Below, in pieces: positions 24,650 through 35,150 of a stretch of 64,000 nt of DNA. Positions within the stretch are counted from its first letter, which is position 1; each line of letters begins with the position of its first letter. The notes under the pieces are model-generated. The model saw only the letters and a program-made list of their open reading frames with translations, ran no database searches and was not told where the DNA came from. Position numbers and translations under genes: made by a program. The stretch comes from Camelus dromedarius (taxonomy: Eukaryota). The stretch is taken from the NCBI RefSeq assembly GCF_036321535.1, contig NC_087436.1:119722001-119786000 (forward strand), read 5' to 3'.

Positions 24650-25200
24650 ATCTTCATTCTTTGATTCTCTCATTCATGCATTCACTCACTTACAAAGATT
24701 TGTTAGATACCTGCTCTGTGCTGGGCCTGGTGGGAAGGGCCAGTAAACAGCCCTGGTGGGGAGTGGTGTGTCCCTGCCTGTCTGGAATGGTGGGGAGAGA
24801 CCCTGAGCAAACAGCTGCACAGGTCATTGGTGACAGTAGTGGTTGTGCTCGGAGGGAGGAGAAGATGCGAGAGCGGGCGGGAGCTGGACAGGGAGGGCTT
24901 TCCTGGGAAGGTGACCTTTGGACTGATCTGTGATAGAAGTTCAAGCAGAGTCAGAAGGGGGGCGTTCTAGGCAGTAGGACCACAAGTGCAAAGGCCCTGT
25001 GGTGGGAGGAAACCTGGCTTGTTGAAGGAGCTAGCAGGAGGCCAGGTGGTTGACCAGGGGAGTGGCAGGCCTTCCACAGTAAGGGGCTTGGACTTTGAAG
25101 ATGACGGGAAGTCTCTGAAGGGCTCCCCACTAAAGTGACAGTGGCTTTACACCCTGGCTGCAGTTGGGGAATGGTTGCTAGGGTCTAAAGCCTGATGGAA
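24650..25200 (-). mobile_element. L2 3' region
   Basis: cattcatgcattcactc, ggagggctttcctgggaaggtgacc, ctaggcagtaggaccacaagtgcaaaggccctgtggtggga. Confidence 0.75.
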
Positions 25201-25399
25201 GATCAGGATCTGAGTACTCTCAGCCCACGTGTGTAGTGAGGTCCACGCGCCTTAGCAGGGTTTGCGTGGTCACCTGTGAGCTGATCACCCAGGGCTCCTT
25301 CGAGTTTCTGGAGCAAGAGTGTTCTCTGTGCGTCTGCACTTGTGCATGCTGTTCCTCTGCTGCAAACACCCTTCCCTGATCTGTGGGCTCTCTGTGGGG

Positions 25400-25545
25400 T
25401 CGGGTGGGTGGGTCCCTGCAGATGTTGTGCAGCTGCCTTTGTACCCCACCTTGTAATTGGGTCCCTGCGAGGGTGTGAGCTCCCTGACTATAGCATGGAG
25501 CCTGGCACTGTGCCTATTGGTTGAATGAGTGAATGAATTCATTCA
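25400..25545 (+). mobile_element. L2 3' tip
   Basis: ggagcctggcactgtgcctattggttgaatgagtgaatgaa. Confidence 0.55.
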
Positions 25546-26679
25546 AGCTGACCTGTCTAACCCGTGCTGAACAGGGACTATGAGGCCACCTGGTCCAGGT
25601 GCCTCTGAACTGGTGTGGAAGCTGAGGCCTAGGGTCACCCAGGGGGCTGAGGGGGAGCCAGATGGGAGGCTCTGGGGCTCCCCGTCCAGTGTTCTTTCTG
25701 TAACACTTTCCTGCCACCCCCCCCCCCCGCGCTTCTGTCCCCATCCCTCAGTTAGCACATGAAACGTTCATGCCCTCACTTATTCTTTAAAAATTCATTT
25801 GGAAATATTTTATGCAGCGCCTCAATCGCAGTTGGAAACCATTTATTTAATCCCAGGCGGCAGGACACCAGACAGCGGAGGTGATTGGTTACAACGCCTG
25901 GGGCTGCGCAGCCTGTTCCGGAGCTGCTGCCCGGGGGCGGGCAAGGCTCCCGTGAGGGGTTGGAGATGTGGGGTCTGCCGTTCCTGTGAAGGCACGTGGC
26001 CCCTGTGGCCCCTGTGGCCCCGCAGCCGGTCCCACAGCAGGAGCTGTTGCCTCCACGGTAAATACACGGGGACCCACGAGGCTGGATGCGCTTCTGCAGG
26101 GCAGAGTCTGCAGGGCAGAGTCTGCCGGGGGCACCGAAACCCCCCTGCCCCACCCCACGCCAGGATGCGCTCGTCCTTCTGTCCTGTCCAGAAATTCATG
26201 AAGATCCTGCCTGAGAGGGGCCTCCCGGCTCCCCTCTTCCCAGCAGGTTGGACTTTGTGACTTCTGCCTCGAGGCTGGGCGGCAGATCTACACTCCTGGG
26301 ACCCCATAGTCCGTAAGAATCCAGGCCAGGACTCGAACTTGGGCCTGTGTGAGCGCTAAGCCTCCATAGCTCTGCCTCCTTGGGCCTGTGAACATGCCGC
26401 CCGATGTCGTGGAGGTCGGGGAGGCTGGGCTGGGGTGGTTTGCCTGGACTGCGTGGTTCTCAGGATGTGGAGCATCCGGTACTAAAGCCGGAGTGGTCCC
26501 AGGCGGCAGGGGCAGGGGCAGGGGCAGGGCTCCTGCACCTCCTCGTGTCTGTGGGGGAAGCCCGGAGCTCAGCCTGCACCTGCCCTGAGAGACGCCGGGC
26601 TCCTCCCTTCGGGACCTTTCTCGCACCGGGTTTCCTGAATCCGCTCGGTCTCCGCTGGGCCCCTCCCTTGCTGCTGGTC

Positions 26680-26959
26680 TGAAGGTGAATCTTTTTTTTT
26701 CTTCTTCATTGTCCCACTTTATTTCTCAGTTAAGCCCGACTCAACGGGAGCATTTTGAGGACAGGAACTGTTCTACATTTGAATCATTGGTGCAGAAAAA
26801 TAATTTCTTTTTATTTTTTTATTGAGTTATAGTCAGTTTACAATGTTGTGTCAGTTTCTGGTGCACAGCACAATTCTTCAGTCACACATGAACATACACA
26901 TATTTGTTTTCAGATTCTTTTCTGCCATGAGCTACTACAAGATATTGAAGGTGAATCTT
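26680..26959 (-). mobile_element. 5'-truncated lineage-specific L1 (camelid-like 3' end) with 3'-transduced flank and 14-bp TSD
   Basis: TGAAGGTGAATCTT at 26680-26693 and 26946-26959; T-tract 26692-26700; antisense AATAAA 26718-26723; internal tail 26804-26820; L1 3' UTR attgagttatagtcagtttacaatgttgtg...caagatattgaa. Confidence 0.85.
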
Positions 26960-28299
26960 CTGATGAGACAGATGTGCTTGTTCCTCTGCAGCCTGGTGCT
27001 CAGACACGTGGTATCCCACACCGTTCCCCTCCAGCACCAAGGGTGCAACTCCCCGGGACCTGGGTGCAGGTCCAACTCAGAGCCAGAAATGAGGCCAGAA
27101 GCAAGGTGAGGGAGAGGTGGATGTGTCCCTCAGCAGGAAACATGGGGTCCCATGGGCATTCAGTGACACTCCCTGGTCCCATCATGAGCTCAGGACCAGC
27201 TGTGAAATAAGACACAGGAGGCAAACATCAGAGATCACGTGACTGCTTTATTGTTGTCTTGGGAGACTGGGACGATGCAGTTTTAGGGCTGTAGCCAAGA
27301 GGAAGAGCTCAGTCTCTCAGCCCTGTCACTGTTCAAGCACGGCCCTTCTCCCTCCGGCACTGCCAGAGCAGCTGGAACAAACCCAGCCTGCAGGCCACAG
27401 CCACAAGCAGCAAAGGAAGCATGAGGAGCAAGGAGGAAGTGGTCCCACCTCTCAGAAAGGAACGTTATGCAAAGCCTGGGAGGATGGTCCTGTTGACTAC
27501 TGGGTCACAGTCCCTGGCTCCTTGCCTGACCCAGCATCTCTGTGCAGGAGTGCTTGCTGAATGGAGGCACTGTGAGTGTCCCTCCCCCTCTGCCTGTCCA
27601 AGGCCCAGCTCCAAGAAGGCCCTTCCTCCAGGAAGCCTTTCTGGTCCTGCAGAGAGTTCTGTGTTTGGGCATGGCTCACTATGACTTTGAGAAAGCTTTC
27701 TCTGGGTTGAGAATGGGGGAGCCAAGTCGTCTGTGGCCAAAGCATTATGATCCAAAGCTTGTTGTTCCAGGGGGGTCTCTCGGGGGTGCCTCCTGTTCAG
27801 TTGTCCAGGCTGCTCCACCTGCAGACTGGGCTGTTTCAACAGGTCCCTGAACTCAGAAGGGCTCTGCACTTGGGGGGCCACACTTGGGATGGCCTTGCTT
27901 TTAGTTTACACTGCTGTTTCTCATCTTGACTTTCTTAATTGTTTTTTTTATCAGGAGGCCCTGCATTTTCATTGTGCACTTGGCCTCATGAATTGTGCAG
28001 CCGGCCCTAGATGGCTCCGATGGGGACGGATAACTGCCTTCATTTCTTGGCCTTCACTCAATGAACAAGAGTTGTTCGGTGCAGTGTGCGGTGGGGACAC
28101 ATGGAGGGGGCCGTCTTGCAGACCAGGATGTGACCTTGTGTCCTTGGAGATGCAGCTCTGAAGTGGAGGTGTGGGGTGCCCTGCAGGGACCCCGGCCCAG
28201 CCAGCTTGGGGTTCCTGAGCTCAGGATTTGGAGCAGGTCTTGCGAGACTTTTCTCATTCTCCCTCCCCCAGACTTCCCTCTCTGCAGGATTTCCAAAGC

Positions 28300-28520
28300 C
28301 AGGGTAATGAAGTGTCCCCTATAAAGTTTCAGGTAAAGTAATCTGCCTTAAAGAATGGCCTGAGTGCAGTAATTGGCCGCTGAGGCGGGCAGTGATTATA
28401 AGGTTAATTATTATTAACCCTCAGAGATGTGAGCAGGGGGGTGGAGCCAATGTGATATCTTCAGTTGTAAATTTCAGTTGCCAAGGCAGAGAGACGATGC
28501 AGTTACCTTGAAGATGGAGA
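28300..28520. promoter_or_regulatory. Enhancer-like AT-rich island (putative conserved non-coding element)
   Basis: Repeat-free; TAATTG; inverted repeat GGTTAAT-tatt-ATTAACC at 28402-28419. Confidence 0.35.
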
Positions 28521-29189
28521 CACCAAGGTCTCCCCCTAGCAGAGGGGCCGGGGTTGTGGGTTCTCAGAACTGAGGGATGAGGGGTGGAAAAGCAACGGTG
28601 GTGATGGGAGGGGAATGATGCTTGACCGTCCCTGTGTGCATGACCCTCTGCTGAGCCTTTTTCCATCTGTGACTCTACTGTTAGGACAACGTGACACTGA
28701 ACCTGAGAAAGCCAAGGGTGTGGTCCATGACTGCCCAGCTAAAACCGTAGCACCGGGCGTGAGCCTGGTCTGACCGTGCCATTTGCAGATGTGCCCAAGT
28801 GCTTGCAGGGACTCTGCGTGCCGGTCTAGAGTGCAGGTTTCAGGGGGATTCAGATGGTCGCAGCAGTCCTGAGTGATGGTGGGCAGTGTGACGCTGGAGA
28901 AGTCACCTGGGACTTTGCAAACAGAGGGTCTCGGTTTGCCTCCTGGCACGTCCACTCGCTGGGCTAAGTGCCACAAGGTGCAGCAGGTGACATGTCTGAG
29001 CCTCAGCCCCTGCATGTCTAGGGTAGACATAGCAGTCCCAATGCCTGGGACACGGCAGGTGTAATTCGGAGTGGCCTGCACGGCCCTGTGCCTGGCACCT
29101 GAAGGGTGTCCATGAGTCTGTTTTCCTTGCTCCTCTGCAGAGACTTGACTTACATAAGTGGCAGGTGGTCAGACACAGACTGAGGCTTC

Positions 29190-29400
29190 TAGCTCCAGCT
29201 GCAAAGCCCAGTGTGGCCACTTCTACCTGGGTGACTCTGGGCAGGGTTCCTAACCTGCCTGCCTCAGTTTTCCCATCTGGAAAATAGGGCTAATAATAAT
29301 AGTACCTATGTGACTGGATTGTTTGGAGGGCTCAGTGAGCTAACGCACAGAAGCTGCTCTCTGCTTAGAAAGCACCTTGCCTTGTCATACCTGTGTCCCA
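29190..29400 (+). mobile_element. MIR
   Basis: gggtgactctgggcagggttcctaacc...cctcagttttcccatctggaaaatagggctaataataatagtacct. Confidence 0.8.
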
Positions 29401-31129
29401 GGGTGGAGAGGGGCGCAGGGGGATCCCAAGGCCCCAGGTTTAGTGGCTGGTCCAAGGCCTGCAGCTGGGAAGTGGCAGTGTCAGGAACCTCCTGGTGGCC
29501 CTGTGTGAAGTACGCTGGGAGGACTGGCTGAGCCTCCGGGACAGCCGCCCACAGGAGTTAACTTCCCCAGGGCTGCGAGTGAGGACGGCCGAGGAGGGTT
29601 GGGGTGCTGGGTCCTGACACCCCTGCGCTGCGCTGTCCCTGCAAAGACAGCTGCTCCTGTGTAGTCACTACCTCGTCCACCATCAAGCAAGTGCAGTTGC
29701 TCCCACCCCACCCCCAGCTCTCGCTGCTGAGTCCCGAGTCATCAGACCCTTAGAGGGGACACTGAGCGTCCTCTGGGGGACACTGGGCCCCTAGGAGGCT
29801 GGGCCTTGCTTATCCCATGGAACCTCCTAGAAGTGGAAGAAAACCAGGTGACTTGCGAACACCCCCAGGCCTTTGCTGCTGCTTCTGTCTGGAAGGGAGA
29901 AGGTTAGGCTCGGTGAGGATTAGCGTGCCGTTCTGCTACAGCCGGGCTCTGCCCCAGCTGGCCGGGGGCCAGGACCTCTCTAGTAGACACACCCGCTCCC
30001 GTGGGGCAGGGGTGGGAAGAAGGGGGGGACGACTGAGGCAGGTGCCCTCCAACTCTCCTTGCACCGGGAGAAGGTGGAGCAGTTTGGGTGGTCCCCGCCA
30101 CCCGATGGGCTGAGGGGGAAGTATGAACTGAGAGATAAAAATGTGCCCCTGACCAGTGAGCCCTTTCTGAACGGGGGCAGGAGGTAAGGAGGGGGCACCG
30201 TGTTGGAGGGGAAGTTGGGAGAATGGGTTCAGGTTTGGAAATGGGACCGACATTGCAAAGCTGATAAAAGCCCATCCCTGCAGCCCGACTCATTTATCCT
30301 CACGAACAGTATTGAGAATTCTTTCTGTGAGATGCCCAGCTGAATCCAGGAGGGGCCCAGAATTCTTGGGGGTTGGCAGTGGGGTTGGAAACTGCCTTCC
30401 AGCTCTGGGGGCTACCCAGACCCCCCAATATGCTGATGCTGGGAGGTGGACAACGTGGCTACCCTCCTTCTTGAGGGGGCCTGCCCCTCTTTGTGTTACT
30501 AGTGGGAGAGCGGGCTGTGTGCTGTGGCTTTCCTCCAGGATTCGGGTGGATTCGGTGGGGATGGTATGGACTTACCCTGTGATAAGATGGTGCTCATGCT
30601 GTGTCGGGGCCTGGTTTCAGAGGGGAGCTTGGGGGCCGCAGAGGCCGGTCCCAGTGGGCGGAGACAATGGTGTTTATTTCTGCTTGGTGTCGGTTTGAAC
30701 CTGAACCCTTCACAGTGTGTGGCCTAGGAAAGGTGGAATTGAGCTGTGCTGGCAAGACCAATAGGAAGTCTAAAAACCATGGATTAGATGTGATTTCAGG
30801 ACAGCAAAACCTAACTTGTCTCTATTTTGACTCATACATGTCATTGTTGGAAGGAACGGTGGGGCTTTGCCAGTAGCCCCGTCGGTTTACAGCGGCCCCC
30901 CAGGGTTGGGCGGTGACTTGGGGGGCTCTCTGACTGCCCCTCCAGTGCTCTGTCCAGGATGGTTTGATGGAAATCGGTGCGCATGAGCTCTGGTGACGTC
31001 CCTGGCTAGCCATGTGACTTCAGGCAAGTCTCAAGACCTCTCTGAGTCCAGTTTCCCATCTTTGAGATGCAGTGACCGTGAAACCCTCTATGTCTCTTTC
31101 TACTTAAAACCTTCAAGTGATGTCTTATT

Positions 31130-32400
31130 GCCCTTGCGGCGACTCTGAGCACACTGACGATGCCTCAGGACTCAGCTGTCTCCCCCACCCCACACTTCAG
31201 TTCCTGGAGTGTCACTGTGTCCCCATCCTCTCTTGTCTCTGGGTTTCTACTACTGCTGGTTCCTCTGCCTGGAACACCTTTCTCCCCCTTATTCCTTCAT
31301 CTTCTTCCTATCTTTTCTCTGGCTGATTCCTTCTTTTTCTTCAAGGTCAGTCTAGCTAAAGGTTTATTATTTCTATTTATTTTCTCCAAGAACCATTTTT
31401 TTTGGTTTCACTGATTCCTTTCTGTTGCTTTTCTGTCATCTATTCCATTTATTTCTGCCCTGGTTTTTATTATTTCCTTCCTTCTGCTCACTTTGGGTTT
31501 AGTTTTCTCTTCTTTTTCTAGCTTCTTGAGGTGGAGCTTAGATGGTTGATTTTAGATTTTTTTCCTTTCTAAGCATTTAAAGCTGCAAATTTTCCTCCTC
31601 ACACCACTCTGGCTGCGTCCCGTGTATTATGATACATTGTGTTTCATTTTCATTCACCTTTCTAATTTCCTGTGTGATTTCCATTTTGATCTCCAGGTAA
31701 TGTGTAAATGTGCTGTTTATTTTTCAGTGTTTGAAGGTTTCTTAAATTTCCTTCTGTTGTGATCTCACTGTGGCCAGAGAACATATTTGGTATGATTTTG
31801 ACCCTTTTATACTTACTGGGCTTGCTTTAGAGACTAACATGTTATCTCTCCTGGAGCGTGTTCCCTGTGCCCTGGAAAAGCGTGTGCTTTCTGCTGCTGT
31901 CGGTTCTGGAAATGCCACTTAGGTCAAGTCGGTTGACAGTGCTGCTCAGGTCTTCTGTATCCATACTGATCTTCTGTCTAGTTGGATTAACCATTACTGA
32001 AAGTGGAGTATTGAAATCTCCAACTGTGATCATTGAGTCTTCTTTTTCTCCTTTTGATTCTGTCAGTTTTGCTTTATGTGTATTAGGGCTGTGTTGTTAG
32101 GTGCGTAGACATTTGCACTTGTTTTATCTTCCCAAAGGACAGACCCTTCTTTTCTTTCAGCCTCACTTCAATGGCCCTTTTCCAGGCAGACCTTCCCAGA
32201 TCTCAGATGGTACCAGTTTCCCCTGCCGTGAGTCCCCTTCATAACATTCATCAAACTGTGCTATCACTGCTGGAAAGATCCGGGAGGCCAGGGAGCAAGT
32301 CAGACCTGCTCAGCAATTCATGCCCAGCACCTAACATAGACTCGCACGTGGCCGTGGGTGCTCTGTAAGTATTTGTTGATCAAATGAGTAAGATCATGTC
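31130..32400 (+). mobile_element. L2 split by the L1 insertion (31130-31320 and 32160-32400)
   Basis: ggttcctctgcctggaacacctttctcc on the left; tttccaggcagaccttccc...gcccagcacctaac...gtatttgttga on the right. Confidence 0.6.
31320..32155 (-). mobile_element. L1 ORF2 endonuclease-region fragment, non-functional
   Basis: ORF 31842-32033 translates to ITVGDFNTPLSVM...RQKISMDTEDLSSTVNRLDL, the L1 APE-domain GDFNTPLS motif; gtcagtctagctaaaggttt is antisense ORF2. Confidence 0.92.
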
Positions 32401-32839
32401 CATGAGGAATATTTCATTAATATTGGTTATTATTATTTTATTGTTTCTGTCATGCAGCACTATCTTCACCCACAAACATGTGAAAAAAATTAGTGCTTGA
32501 GGACAGCTATGACCCAGCCCATCTTGGTGCCACGTAAATGCTTCTTGAACAGAATTGAGTCAGGCTAAAGCCTTTGCCCCGAGGGAAGCTGTCAGGGCAG
32601 CTCCTCCAGGTCTCCTGTGTTTGGGATCACTCTGGGTCACCTGTCTGAGGTGGGGCACCTGCCCTTGTCTCCCCCACCCTCTCTTTCAATTTGACTTGTC
32701 ACTAGCATGTGCGTTGATTCACCCATCTGTCTCTTTGCATGTGGTGTCCTTGGCAACCGTGGGTCCATTTACAGTGGACTTCCCATGTGCCCGCCTTATA
32801 CTGGCTGTTGAGGATGTGATGGTGAATGAGAATAAAATG

Positions 32840-33035
32840 CACCTCTATGTGCCAGGCTTTCTGCTGGGCCTTCTATGCACCTCTTTCAGCCTCACAAGAG
32901 TCCCATGTAATGGGGATTCCTGCAGCCCTTTGCAGATGAGGAGCTCAAGGCCCAGGGAGGGTCAGCATTTTGCCCAAGGTCACACAGCACCTACGGGACG
33001 AACTGACAGACTTACCTGAATGGTTCCAAATCCCA
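32840..33035. mobile_element. MIR (antisense) with an adjoining MIR head
   Basis: ctatgtgccaggc...ttgcagatgaggagctcaaggcccagggagg...tgcccaaggtcacacagc; gacagact...ttccaaatccc. Confidence 0.7.
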
Positions 33036-33149
33036 TGCTTATTTCCCCTCTTCCCTTCTCCCCTGAAAGGTGAGTGTGCCACTCTGATTCTGTTGGTATG
33101 CGTGGATACCTTCCTCCCAGATCAAAGCCCCACATGTTTAAACCACAGC

Positions 33150-33720
33150 ATCTAAAATGGAGATGAAAAATTATGTAGTAACTACGTTTTAAGGCAAATT
33201 AACCTTGATAAGATCTTTAATGTCATGTATTAGACTATTTTCCCTTAGTAATGCATTAAACTGTCAAACCCGATATGATCGTGCAATTAATGAGATTACA
33301 CACGATGTAAATTTCAATTCATTATTACAGTGTCTGCGCTAATAGACTTGCGATGAATACCCAGAAACCAGGCTAGTTCAGAGGGGCAACTTTTTGCAAA
33401 TTGTGTGAAATGAACAGGCAGAGACAACCAGTTTCGATGAACTGGAGTGAGGATGATTTCTGCAACCGTCTGATGTACCAAGATGAGCTGTAAAGGTGGA
33501 ATTAATTGAGAGAGTCCTGCATGTAAGGCCAAGGAGCTGACATGAGATAAGCTTGCTTCCCGGGTGGCCCTTTCGGAATTCCTGGGGAAATTACTTATCA
33601 TTAATGGCATCTTCAGGTACCTCATTCTTCCAGCGCTGCTGGCTTTCTCACAGGAGTGACGGAATTGGAGTTCATTCAGAGAAAGCAAATCCTGTGAGGA
33701 AGTTTTTCTATGAACTTGAG
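33150..33720. promoter_or_regulatory. Putative conserved non-coding element / developmental enhancer
   Basis: About 570 bp, repeat-free and AT-rich; TAATGCATTA 33249, CTGTCA 33261, TAAT-GAG-ATTA 33288, AATTAATT 33500; several retained CpGs. Confidence 0.55.
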
Positions 33721-34979
33721 GAATAACGGGGGTAACTTGTATTTCTTGAGTTCTGATGGTACATCAGGCACTGGAATCAGGTGTTCGCGATGTGTTCGCG
33801 TGCTTAGCCCTCCCGCTAGCCTGGTTCCTTTATCCACCCCTACTTTGCAAGTGATGAAACCAAGGTTTCCAGATGCTAAGTAACCTGGCCTTGCGGGAAC
33901 ATCCCCCGTGGTCCTAGCACGCGGGCCCCGATGGAGGCCTCTGAAGGGCAGCCTGGCTGGTCTTTGATCCTGGTGCCAGCTCAGTGCTGGGTGTGCAGCT
34001 GGGCTTCGTGAAAGCGTGCTGAGCCGAGGTGGGCACCCAGGCTGTCAGCGAGGGGTGTTTCAAAGGAGCGGACTGGCTTCTGGGTGGACCCGGCAGATTG
34101 CTGGTGGTGGGGAGCCCGAAGGCCAGACACCCACGGGCAGGCAGGTGGGGTGGGGCCTGTGCCCGGAGTGGCCAGGCCCCCGGGAGGGCTGGGCTGTGCA
34201 GATGTTCACCACGGCCATGTGCTCCCCTTCTCTCCTGCCTTACTAATAAAACCCTACTGGCCACAAGTGCTTTTTAAACTGGCTCTGAAAAATTCACTGC
34301 TTTTAATTATTCCCATAATCACTAATCTCCCAGTTAGAGCCGGGCCCACTTTGGAACGCGTCCCAGGGGTCGACATCCTTCATCTGTGTTTGCTCCGCAC
34401 AACTTCTGTTCCGTGCACCCCTCTGAATACTGGGGCCCAGGTGGGCACGTCTTCCCTGGCTGTGTGGTCTGGGGGAGGGGGTTGGGGAGCACTGATGAGG
34501 GCTGGGCAGGGCCAGGAAGTGGGGCGGGAGTGCTCGGTTGGCCTAAGGCCACCTGTGGTCTGAGTCTGGGGTTTACAAATCGGGAAGCCCACATTGTCTC
34601 ACTGTGTTCACATTTACATACAGCCCGCCCCTTGGGCCACGTGGCCAGCAGGGGCGGTGGGGGGACCAGGACCATGCCCTCGTGGCTCACGTGCAATGCC
34701 CCCACCTGCCCTCAGTGACCCCAGCCTCTTGCCCATCGCCTGGTGGGAGCCACCGGCCCTCAGCTGCCTAGGTCACTCTCACCCGCAGTGTGGCTGTGTG
34801 CACTGGACGATGCATTTGCTGTTTCCTGACAAATCTTCAGAAAACAACCCAGCAGCACCTGCTTAGAATGCAACCTGGTGATAAGCGCGGCGTTCTGGGT
34901 TATTACTGTGTTAATCCTGCGGACAGTGGACTGCTGTCCCCTCCCCAGCGCCTGCCCCGCACACGCAGCGGGCTCGTCC

Positions 34980-35150
34980 CGCCCTCTGCCTCACATCTGT
35001 CTCTGATCTGCCCCCGCCGTGTTCTCCAGCTCTGCCTCTCTTTGTTGCTTCTCCATCTCTGTCTCTCACAGTCTCTCTGCTTCCCTTCCATATCTGGCTT
35101 TTCTGTTTATTCTCCCTTTGTCTGTCTGTCTGTCTTGTTAAATGGGTTCT
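34980..35150 (+). repeat. Pyrimidine-rich (TC/TG) low-complexity tract
   Basis: ctctgcctctctttg...tctgtctctcacagtctctctg...tgtctgtctgtctgtc. Confidence 0.6.

Noticed and set aside
25995-26125. Short tandem repeats (gtggcccct)x3 and (ctgcagggcagagt)x2
   Set aside because: Ordinary slippage duplications; they have no spacers, so they are not CRISPR-like.
31842-32033. ORF with a real nuclease motif (GDFNTPLS)
   Set aside because: A decayed L1 ORF2 endonuclease relic, not a host gene.
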